From a virus (Duplodnaviria > Caudoviricetes), in the IMG/VR virus record IMGVR_UViG_3300043464_000245, positions 1 through 24,023 of that record: a stretch of DNA of 24,023 nt; one strand, 5' to 3'. The translations under genes were made by a program, and so were the position numbers. The notes under the pieces are model-generated. The model ran no database searches and had not been told where the DNA came from. It worked only from the letters and a program-made list of their open reading frames with translations. Below are positions 7,705-15,219 of the stretch, piece after piece (the stretch's first letter is position 1; each line of letters opens with the position of its first letter).

Positions 7705-8381
7705 TAGCGCAATTCTCTACCTAATGTTTCAGTTCCACCAGCGGCGGCATCAGTAGCTGCAAAACCATCAGCTGGTTCTTCAGCATCGAAGTCGCTTTCT
7801 GGTGGCGGAGGTAATTCAGCACCTAAATCATCGCCTGGTAATGCCATTGGTTGATCAACTGCTTCACCCGACAATACACGCACACCGGTGTCGACACCTT
7901 CACGTGCTGATTGTAGGTTTTGCATTAGTTGATCTAATGTTGCGCCAACTGCGTTTTTAAATGCATCAGCTTGCTCTGAACCAATTTGGTCACGAATACT
8001 GTCAAGCAATTGTGGAAGTTGTTCATTTTGCATTTTACCAACTTTCTCAATTGTATCTTGTACTGAATCAACCATATCTTTAGCAGCTAATAATACTTCT
8101 GCGTTGCCAACTTCACCTTCGTTTAGTTGTTGATGTTGCTCAGTGAGCCAAGTGTTTAAGCCTTCTTGTACAGTTAACAATTCCATGTAACGTGGATTTG
8201 TTTCTGCACGATGAAAATCCGCACTATGACGGATTTTGTTTAGGTTTAATGAAATTGTTTCACCTAAGCGTTGAGCTTTAGCAATAGACAAGTTATCATA
8301 GTTAATAGCAAAGCCGAAACGGCTTTCTAATACTTTATTAATTTTTTTTGCAGATGTCTGAGACATTTCTGATAGTTTCAT
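7704..8381 (-). CDS. Hypothetical helical protein with acidic/Pro-rich tail, possible prohead core/scaffold
   Basis: 225 aa, coiled-coil-like central part, acidic tail. TAAATA motifs (8404-8409, 8414-8419) and TAGGA SD upstream. Function is inference. Confidence 0.7.
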   Translation of the reverse strand: MKLSEMSQTSAKKINKVLESRFGFAINYDNLSIAKAQRLGETISLNLNKIRHSADFHRAETNPRYMELLTVQEGLNTWLTEQHQQLNEGEVGNAEVLLAAKDMVDSVQDTIEKVGKMQNEQLPQLLDSIRDQIGSEQADAFKNAVGATLDQLMQNLQSAREGVDTGVRVLSGEAVDQPMALPGDDLGAELPPPPESDFDAEEPADGFAATDAAAGGTETLGRELR

Positions 8382-8402
8382 GGTTAATTCTTCCTAATGC
8401 AA

Positions 8403-8894
8403 TTATTTAATATTATTTATCAAAACAATAGACTTCTTCAATTGTTTCTTTGATTCTTCAATTCTAAGCATGGTTTCAGTGTATTTATTAGAATATAATG
8501 CTATATTCCAATCATCGTTCTTCTCTTGTGCTTGCTTATAGCGATATCTATATAGTATGGCATCAAATTCAAGTACGCCAATTAAGTTATCGTTAACTCG
8601 TACTTCTTGTGCTAATTCATATTTGTGCTTGTGTAAGGCAATGCAGTAAAATATAGCGTCTTTTCTGTTAAAAAAGTCAAATACCTGTTCATTATCTTTG
8701 GTAATTCGCCAGTTTTTGTCTGTTATTTTTGTTATTTTGTACTTGCCTACGATTAGTGTATCTGCGCCAAGTTGATAGCAGAATGGTAGTGGACCTCGAC
8801 TATGTTTGGCCAACTCTGCTTCTGTAAACCTACGTATCTTTTCAACGTCGATCTCAGTCAATACGTTTTTTGTAGTAGATTTTGCCGGCTTCAT
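8403..8894 (-). CDS. Hypothetical protein
   Basis: ORF track 8403..8912. Start uncertain; ATG 8894 (MKPAKS) chosen to reduce overlap with the upstream gene. Confidence 0.7.
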   Translation of the reverse strand: MKPAKSTTKNVLTEIDVEKIRRFTEAELAKHSRGPLPFCYQLGADTLIVGKYKITKITDKNWRITKDNEQVFDFFNRKDAIFYCIALHKHKYELAQEVRVNDNLIGVLEFDAILYRYRYKQAQEKNDDWNIALYSNKYTETMLRIEESKKQLKKSIVLINNIK

Positions 8895-9063
8895 TTGTTC
8901 GTAACAGTACATCTTTGACTGTGAGTTGATTTGCGATTATTTGTTCGCGTTCGTCTAATTGACTTTTAGCAATAGTATTATCGCCAGTGAACTGCTCTAA
9001 GAGTTCATATTCTTCGTTTGTGATTGTTAGTAGTAGTTTGTTTGTAAGTTCAACAATTTTCAT
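8854..9063 (-). CDS. Hypothetical protein (69 aa)
   Basis: TAGGA SD and TAAATA (9081-9086) upstream; starts MKIVEL. Confidence 0.75.
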   Translation of the reverse strand: MKIVELTNKLLLTITNEEYELLEQFTGDNTIAKSQLDEREQIIANQLTVKDVLLRTNEAGKIYYKKRID

Positions 9064-9064
9064 G

Positions 9065-9100
9065 ATGTTATCCTATAAAGTATTTATTACAGGATAACAT
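9065..9100 (-). promoter_or_regulatory. RBS-sequestering hairpin with a late promoter motif in its loop
   Basis: Perfect 10-bp inverted repeat ATGTTATCCT / AGGATAACAT flanking TAAATA. The 3' arm contains the AGGA SD of the 9063 gene. Confidence 0.7.
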
Positions 9101-9108
9101 TGGGAGTT

Positions 9109-9375
9109 TTATTTAAAAAGACTGTGTGAAATAAAGCCAATGAGTCCAGCAAGTACAACACCCATCATAGTTGTGAAGATGCTGATGGTTTGTTTGTCGC
9201 CGCCCGATATTTTATCAGTTAGACTGTTTTTGATGTCAATCAGATGCAGCTCAAGTTTATCCATGCGCTGTTCCAAGTTGTTTAATTTAGTTTCCAAGCT
9301 ACCGTACCTTACGGCGCATAGTTCGACATGTGCTTCTAAATTTTCTTTCTCGATTTCTGTAGGTTTACTTGCCAT
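9109..9375 (-). CDS. Small coiled-coil protein with a C-terminal transmembrane helix (XhlA/holin-like architecture)
   Basis: Heptad pattern LETKLNNLEQRMDKLE and hydrophobic tail TISIFTTMMGVVLAGLIGFI. Confidence 0.7.
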   Translation of the reverse strand: MASKPTEIEKENLEAHVELCAVRYGSLETKLNNLEQRMDKLELHLIDIKNSLTDKISGGDKQTISIFTTMMGVVLAGLIGFISHSLFK

Positions 9376-9490
9376 TATCGCTCTCTTTTATATAGTAGCG
9401 ATGCGTATTCGTTGAGCCTAGTTTATGCCTTAATATGTGCCATGATTATTGTTGTTGCATCAACTAATATTTAGTTGTACTATGTAGTTT

Positions 9491-9913
9491 TTAACTGCGT
9501 GTTTTAAAATAGATATTTTTATCTACACCGCTGGCATAGAATAAGGGTAGTGGAGGATGTGCTGTTTCGTCTAGTCTAAGTATGATAGGGGCAAGTTTAA
9601 AGTCATCTTTAAGCGTACCATATCTATCGTGATTGAGAGCATAGACATCTTCTCGCTCAACAGCAAAATCAAACGACCAAATGTTATGTATGCCTGTATA
9701 GTTAATACCAAACGAATACTCTGCAACATCAGCGGCTATCATAGGCAGATACGTAAATTCCATTAACTGTGCTCGCAAACTTAATAACTGATTTATTGTT
9801 TCCCAATTACGTTGTTGATTGCGTTGTTTCTGATGTTCTGCTGACTGTGTTAGTACATTGGTTTGGGTTATATCTATTAGGGTGTATGCTCGATATTGAT
9901 ATAATGCTTCCAT
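9491..9913 (-). CDS. Conserved phage hypothetical protein
   Basis: ORF track 9491..9931. Likely start ATG 9913, 5 nt after TATAAATA (9926-9919). Motifs TLIDIT.T and RNQQRNWET. Confidence 0.72.
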   Translation of the reverse strand: MEALYQYRAYTLIDITQTNVLTQSAEHQKQRNQQRNWETINQLLSLRAQLMEFTYLPMIAADVAEYSFGINYTGIHNIWSFDFAVEREDVYALNHDRYGTLKDDFKLAPIILRLDETAHPPLPLFYASGVDKNIYFKTRS

Positions 9914-9932
9914 AGCAATATTTATAGTCATT

Positions 9933-9960
9933 AAAAAAGGCAGTATAAAAACTGCCTCTT
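9933..9960 (-). terminator. Intrinsic terminator after the 9983..10300 gene
   Basis: AGGCAGT-TTTTAT-ACTGCCT hairpin followed by a T run on the minus strand. Confidence 0.85.
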
Positions 9961-9982
9961 CGTTTACATTTTAATAGTTATA

Positions 9983-10300
9983 TTAGAATGTGTATGCTGC
10001 CACTGTTGTAGTTGCTACTGCCGCTGCCAACAATGTTTCTAATTCACCTGCTGTTTTGTTTGCACCTGAAATAGCCACACGGAAAGCACCTGCGCCCGGT
10101 GTACCTAAAAGTTCAATTGAACCCACTGTTTCGATAGCACGTACTAATTTTTCAAAATCACTGTCTACTGCTGAATAACCAACATGAACGTTAGTTAATG
10201 ATACTGTATAAAATGTTAACGGACGTCCAGTTACTAATGTTTGTCCTACTGAACCAATCGGTAATGCTCCGCCATTTACTCTTGTTAATGCTGTTGCCAT
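9983..10300 (-). CDS. Small Ala/Thr-rich putative virion (capsid decoration-like) protein
   Basis: Own TAAATA motif, TAGGAG SD and terminator. Composition typical of structural proteins; similar layout to 10414..10782. Confidence 0.7.
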   Translation of the reverse strand: MATALTRVNGGALPIGSVGQTLVTGRPLTFYTVSLTNVHVGYSAVDSDFEKLVRAIETVGSIELLGTPGAGAFRVAISGANKTAGELETLLAAAVATTTVAAYTF

Positions 10301-10370
10301 AATATTACTCCTAATTTTTCACGCTAGTTGCGTATAATAGTATTTATCATAATTTAAGAATACAAGCCAC

Positions 10371-10397
10371 AAAAAAACACTCCGAAGAGTGTTTTTT
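10371..10397 (-). terminator. Intrinsic terminator (potentially bidirectional) with a cUUCGg loop
   Basis: AAAAAACACTC-TTCG-GAGTGTTTTTTT on the minus strand. Confidence 0.9.
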
Positions 10398-10413
10398 GTT
10401 GTTTAATTATTAA

Positions 10414-10782
10414 TTAAACTGCAACTGCTGCTGCTGTTAAGATAGCAAGTTTAGTTGCTGTAACTGTTGCATTTGAAACGTCAACGCCACCTGTTGTTGT
10501 AAGGTCACGAATAGTTGCTTGCAATGTTTGACCATTTTGTGGAGTATACAAATCACCTTCGATTGCGAAAGTTTGTTGTGTATTACTATCAACTAAAGGA
10601 CCAATAGCAACGATTGTGTGCAATGTTTGGATTGCATTTAATACTAATTGTTGTGTTTCACCTGGACCGTCTGAACCATCAACTGCGTTGATGTAGTCAA
10701 CTGTGAAAAAGCTAATATTACGACCTACTTGTTCAACGTTTAATGTTGTTGATGCTGGATTTACTGCTGCTGGTGTAGCCAT
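10414..10782 (-). CDS. Small Ala/Thr/Val-rich putative virion protein, probable paralogue of 9983..10300
   Basis: Shared patterns GRNISFFTV vs GRPLTFYTV, AIQT..TIVAIG vs AIET..SIELLG, FAIEG vs VAISG; same leader architecture. Confidence 0.7.
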   Translation of the reverse strand: MATPAAVNPASTTLNVEQVGRNISFFTVDYINAVDGSDGPGETQQLVLNAIQTLHTIVAIGPLVDSNTQQTFAIEGDLYTPQNGQTLQATIRDLTTTGGVDVSNATVTATKLAILTAAAVAV

Positions 10783-10867
10783 GTTATTTCTCCTAATTTA
10801 TTTTACGCTTTCGCGCATACTTTTATTTATCATCTAAACAAAATTCTATACTGTAATGCTCGTATTT

Positions 10868-12124
10868 TTAAGCACGTCTTAATGCGTTAGTTCTGCTGAA
10901 TTCAAGCCTATCAACTAACTTAATTGCTCCGCCATCGTGCCCTATAGCAACAAAGCCTTCCGGAGCAGTTACTTTATAACCATCGTTGGTCTTTTGGAAT
11001 GTACCAATACCATCTACCTGCGCTAGTTTGCGCATCAGTGCATGTTTAAGTTCGATAACTCTTTTGTATGTAGCAAGTATGATCAATAGGTTGTTGGCAT
11101 TGTCTGCTACCCATTGTTCTTTTTCTTTAATCTTAACCAAGCGAGCCTGTGCCGCACGTCCAGCAATACCACCCGATAAGTTCTCAATGTCTTTCATTAA
11201 TTCGCCGTTATAATAATCAACAAATCTTTGTAAGAACTGCATAGGTTCGCCTACTTGTTCACCCTGTCTAACCATTTGATTAATGAATGGCTTAATGCTA
11301 CGTGCAAAGTCTTTGTTGTTTAGTATAATATCAAATCGAGCTTGCCCAATCTTTTCTATTGTTGCTTGTGTTGCGGCAATTTGTTTTTGTATGCTGACAT
11401 TTTCACTAGGTGTTAAACTAGCAATACCTGTATAATCTTTATACGTTGCGTCATCAAACCATACGTCTGATGTTGGTGTTAATCCACTTACGTTTACACC
11501 GTAGTTTGCTGTCATTGCATCCAATGAGTCACCTTCGTAGCTGGTGTGGAATATAATACCAAGTTTAGCTCGAGCAATACGTTGCCCTAAGTTGCTGTTA
11601 ACTGGAACAGCATAGGTAATTGTGTTAGGTGTAAACACATAACAATCTTCGTTGTTAATAGACACTGTAGTTACATCACCTTCTGTAAACATTAGGTCGC
11701 CCTGTACTACACCACCAATACCAAGTTTTGAAAGATATTTTAATGATGCTGTTAGTTTAGTCGCAAGCTCTGGCTGTGCGCTATACCATTTGTCAATATC
11801 TGCTGCAGTTTTACATCGTTTAGGCTCACCTTTAGCAAATACTGATTTAGTACCAATAAAGAAACGACTATCACTCGGATCAATACCGCAGATAATTGCT
11901 GGACTACCATCCCATTTGACTGTAAGTTGTGTTGTTGTTCCTGTGCCTTCTGCTAACATAGCACGTAAACTTTCTACGTAATCTAATGCCGCATGCGCAC
12001 CAGCATATCCACTGTTAAAAATCAAATCTTCCAAGTGTTCTAGGTGAATTGATGGTGTTTTTATTCCAGTAGCTTCAGCAAGTAACCATTGCGGTGTTTG
12101 TTTTTTTATTTCAAATAACTTCAT
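10868..12124 (-). CDS. Ligase-fold (covalent nucleotidyltransferase-like) conserved phage protein, resembling DUF6267
   Basis: HLEHLED, TVKWDGSPA (KxDG motif I), VQGDLMF, PEGFV and IKLVDR. Likely start ATG 12124 (ATGA overlap with the upstream stop). Family name recalled, not searched. Confidence 0.7.
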   Translation of the reverse strand: MKLFEIKKQTPQWLLAEATGIKTPSIHLEHLEDLIFNSGYAGAHAALDYVESLRAMLAEGTGTTTQLTVKWDGSPAIICGIDPSDSRFFIGTKSVFAKGEPKRCKTAADIDKWYSAQPELATKLTASLKYLSKLGIGGVVQGDLMFTEGDVTTVSINNEDCYVFTPNTITYAVPVNSNLGQRIARAKLGIIFHTSYEGDSLDAMTANYGVNVSGLTPTSDVWFDDATYKDYTGIASLTPSENVSIQKQIAATQATIEKIGQARFDIILNNKDFARSIKPFINQMVRQGEQVGEPMQFLQRFVDYYNGELMKDIENLSGGIAGRAAQARLVKIKEKEQWVADNANNLLIILATYKRVIELKHALMRKLAQVDGIGTFQKTNDGYKVTAPEGFVAIGHDGGAIKLVDRLEFSRTNALRRA

Positions 12125-12939
12125 TTCGCTAATACCCACCCGTTAGCTATCCAATCTTGAGCATATTTCTGATGTACTAAGCGATACGGAGATTCTTTGC
12201 CGGGTTGAATTGATGGTGGAATTTTAAGCTTCACCCATCCAGATGGCGCCGGTGTATTTGCATCTGTAGTATGTACTTCTTCATCCCAGTCAAATTTTCC
12301 TGCTGCAGGTTGATTAGGGTTAGTTGCCGGTGCAGTTTTAGGTTTAGTTGCCTGTGCAGTTTTAAGTTTATCAATAATTGCTTTATCACCGGGCTTAGTA
12401 GGATCTAATTGTTGTCCGCCTATACTGTATGGCTCATCGGTTGTGGGTGTTGTTTGGGGCGCAGTAGTCGGCGTGTTACTTGCTGTTACTGTTACTCCTT
12501 GTTGCTGTAACTCTTGTGCAACATTTTTAATTGCTTCTCTACGTCTTATTGGGTCCGCATATTCGCCTTGTTTTGGAATTTGTTTTCCTATATCAGTCAT
12601 TGATATAGATCCTTGACGATCTGCTTGTTGTTTTATTACAGCAATAAATCTCGCTCGTTTAGCCGCAGCCTGTTGAGCAGTAAGTGTAGTTTTTGCAGTC
12701 ATTGCCGCTGCATTAGCGCCTTGCATTTTAGCAACCGAAGCATTAGATGAATCAGTCGCATTAGTTTCTAAATCGGAAATCTGACGAACATTAGGATTAG
12801 TTGCGTTTGCAGTTTTATAAGCATCTACAGCATCGGCTCCCTGTGTTGCTCCGGCGCCTCTAAGAAATGAACTAAGAGCAGACTTTGACCCTGAGTTATA
12901 TGTTTTCCCTGCTTCTGCTAATATTTCATTAATCTTCAT
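12121..12939 (-). CDS. Low-complexity Ala/Thr/Pro-rich hypothetical protein, possible internal head protein
   Basis: 272 aa; starts MKINEILAE; overlaps both neighbours. Confidence 0.7.
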   Translation of the reverse strand: MKINEILAEAGKTYNSGSKSALSSFLRGAGATQGADAVDAYKTANATNPNVRQISDLETNATDSSNASVAKMQGANAAAMTAKTTLTAQQAAAKRARFIAVIKQQADRQGSISMTDIGKQIPKQGEYADPIRRREAIKNVAQELQQQGVTVTASNTPTTAPQTTPTTDEPYSIGGQQLDPTKPGDKAIIDKLKTAQATKPKTAPATNPNQPAAGKFDWDEEVHTTDANTPAPSGWVKLKIPPSIQPGKESPYRLVHQKYAQDWIANGWVLAK

Positions 12940-13177
12940 CTTTTAATTTCCTGATACCGCGACTAAATTTTGCAGGGTCTTGTCCTTTGATTGCATTAAG
13001 TAAGCGGCGCTCTAGCTCACCTGCTTGCTCGGTATCATAGTTTTCACGGATGTGATTGATGAGATTAATAGCACCATTAATGATGTTATTAGCTCTGCTT
13101 TCAATCAGGTTTGCCTTATCCTTGTGTGCTAATAGCTCATCTAGCTCAGTAAGGATACTACGTGTGCGCTTTTGCAA
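12929..13177 (-). CDS. Conserved phage hypothetical protein (82 aa)
   Basis: TTG start with GGAG SD and TAAATA (13198-13203) upstream. Confidence 0.75.
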   Translation of the reverse strand: MQKRTRSILTELDELLAHKDKANLIESRANNIINGAINLINHIRENYDTEQAGELERRLLNAIKGQDPAKFSRGIRKLKDED

Positions 13178-13261
13178 AGTTCTACTCCAGTTTAAAGTAT
13201 TTATGTGTCTTTGTAATTAATTTTATTTCTTTAAGTATAGCACACGATAAGTAAAAGTACA

Positions 13262-13747
13262 ATGAACAATAAAGAGATTATAAAATTTATCATTGAATTT
13301 AAAAGTGATTACTGGGATTTACCGCCCGGTGTTACTATATCTGTAGACGATACAATTAAATTTGATGGGTTAGTAACTGAAACAAATACTAATATAAATT
13401 TTGTTCATACGTTAACATTTGATCAACCTCACCAATTAGCAATCACACGTTATAATAAAGATGATACACAACGCCAGTGCGATTTCGACGGCACTGTGAG
13501 AGATCAACTGCTAACAATCACTCGAATTATAATTGACGGTATAGATATTAAAAATATCATTCAATCTCAGAGCTTTAACGAACCTATATATCCTGAACCT
13601 TGGGCTAGCGAACAAAAACAGTTGGGTATTGTACTCGATAAATTAGTCATAGCAGAAACCTGCTTTGGACACAATGGCACATGGAGATTAAATTTTACAT
13701 CTCCATTTTATAAATTTTTATATAACTCAATGGATGGTATTGTTTAA
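13262..13747 (+). CDS. Hypothetical protein of the accessory cassette
   Basis: 161-aa ORF in an AT-rich stretch; GATAAGTA (late-motif variant) 8 nt upstream. Confidence 0.7.
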   Translation: MNNKEIIKFIIEFKSDYWDLPPGVTISVDDTIKFDGLVTETNTNINFVHTLTFDQPHQLAITRYNKDDTQRQCDFDGTVRDQLLTITRIIIDGIDIKNIIQSQSFNEPIYPEPWASEQKQLGIVLDKLVIAETCFGHNGTWRLNFTSPFYKFLYNSMDGIV

Positions 13748-14576
13748 TATGACTTGGTCAATCGGTGATGTAACTAAAAAATTAATTCCAATAGAAGACA
13801 AATTTTTACACAGTCTTAAAGTTGATTGGTTTAGTCAATCGCACCAGGTAATTAATTCTGCACAATTTATTCCCTTAGCAGATGAGTGGTTTCGATCAAC
13901 AAAACTTAATGATTTACAAGGATGGAATAAATTTCCTTGTATAGATATAATTATGGGTTGTACTCATTTTATTGAATCGTTTATACTTAAATATGGATGG
14001 GACGGTATGCAGATTCTACCTGGAGAATATTCATATTATAGTCTAGTAGGAGGCAAACACGGCACTGAACCAGGACAGCTTGCGCCTAATATCCCTTTAA
14101 TCATTTCAATTCCAGACTGGAGATCCGCAGACATACGGACAGAATGGCCCGCACTGTTAAAAGAGTGTGAAATTAAAAATATCGATATACACATTGATTT
14201 TGCCTGGATTACCACAGCTAGAGATATTAATATTGATTTAGATCACCCCTGTATTAAATCTTTTGGTATGAGTATTAGTAAGTACGCCCTACAATGGAAT
14301 AGAATAGGTCTACGATGGAGTCGCCAACGCACTGCTGATGCAATAACTATGTTCAATCATTATCATGGTGATGTAAACACCAATTTGACATCGTGCGGGG
14401 CATTTATGATTAATAATATTCCTAGAGATTATACATGGAATACATATGGCGAAGCACATCATGATTTGTGCAGAACATTAGATCTAAATCCATCGAAATT
14501 AGTACATGTTGTTCATGCCAATGATTATTCAGAAGTATTAGGTATAGGTCAAATGTTAAGTAAATTTAATCTCTAA
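13734..14576 (+). CDS. PLP-dependent aminotransferase-like protein (fold type I, shortened)
   Basis: HIDFAW (D-x-A-aromatic) and SISK...NRIG (S-x-S-K...R-x-G) motifs, plus GEYSYY. Start may be ATG 13749. Confidence 0.6.
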   Translation: MVLFNMTWSIGDVTKKLIPIEDKFLHSLKVDWFSQSHQVINSAQFIPLADEWFRSTKLNDLQGWNKFPCIDIIMGCTHFIESFILKYGWDGMQILPGEYSYYSLVGGKHGTEPGQLAPNIPLIISIPDWRSADIRTEWPALLKECEIKNIDIHIDFAWITTARDINIDLDHPCIKSFGMSISKYALQWNRIGLRWSRQRTADAITMFNHYHGDVNTNLTSCGAFMINNIPRDYTWNTYGEAHHDLCRTLDLNPSKLVHVVHANDYSEVLGIGQMLSKFNL

Positions 14577-15147
14577 TCCATATAGCATACAATGAATATC
14601 TAATATGGTCTTTGGGCACAGGAGTATCAAGATAATGCACTACTCCTGTTTGATTGTCCTGTAGGTACCCAGAATTTTCTTTATAGTCGGCCGATATAAT
14701 AGTATTATCATATTCAAACTTTGTACCTAAATCTTCGGTACCACCAAATAAATAAATTTGAATTGCTAAATCAATTAATACGCGATCCTTATGTCGATCA
14801 ATTGTGTAGCCTTCTTGATCTTTCCAAATAGTTATACCGAGAAATTTATCAGATCGATTAAATTGTTGATTTAATACTGTTGTTAAATTTTTCATAACAA
14901 TATGCACTTCTTCAATTACTGAATCAAATACCCAATTAATTTTTGTTCTATTTTTAATTTCTCGATAAGGATCGACGTGCCATTCTAACTCAGTATTAAG
15001 AATATAATCATTTAATTTAGTCAATAACGGAGGATATAAAAAAGAATCTAATAAAAATAAATCAGGAGATATCGTTGATGTTTTGTTAGATAACTTATCC
15101 AACGAATAAGCTGTACTGTTCTCAATTAATGTAAAATCAAGCGGCAT
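14566..15147 (-). CDS. 2-oxoglutarate/Fe(II)-dependent oxygenase
   Basis: H-x-D (HKD), distal His (VVHY) and R-x-S (IRYSLY) in a DSBH-like strand pattern. Confidence 0.75.
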   Translation of the reverse strand: MPLDFTLIENSTAYSLDKLSNKTSTISPDLFLLDSFLYPPLLTKLNDYILNTELEWHVDPYREIKNRTKINWVFDSVIEEVHIVMKNLTTVLNQQFNRSDKFLGITIWKDQEGYTIDRHKDRVLIDLAIQIYLFGGTEDLGTKFEYDNTIISADYKENSGYLQDNQTGVVHYLDTPVPKDHIRYSLYAIWIRD

Positions 15148-15150
15148 AAT

Positions 15151-15219
15151 CTATTCGGTTAATCCACAATTAGTGTCGCAACAAACTAATTTTTTTTCTT
15201 CTAAGGTATATTTTGTCAT
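15151..15219 (-). CDS. 22-aa Cys-containing micro-ORF (peptide or gene remnant)
   Basis: Not in ORF track. ATG overlaps the helicase TGA (ATGA); MTKYTLEEKKLVCCDTNCGLTE; stop lies 3 nt before the oxygenase ATG. Confidence 0.5.
   Translation of the reverse strand: MTKYTLEEKKLVCCDTNCGLTE

Noticed and set aside
9423-9460. Tiny uORFs MQQQ and MAHIKA in the 9375 leader as attenuator peptides
   Set aside because: No SD or terminator architecture; ORFs this short are expected by chance.
9140-11981. Plus-strand ORFs 9140..9415, 9990..10178, 10986..11213, 11652..11981
   Set aside because: Antisense shadows of genes that have clear expression signals or motifs on the minus strand.
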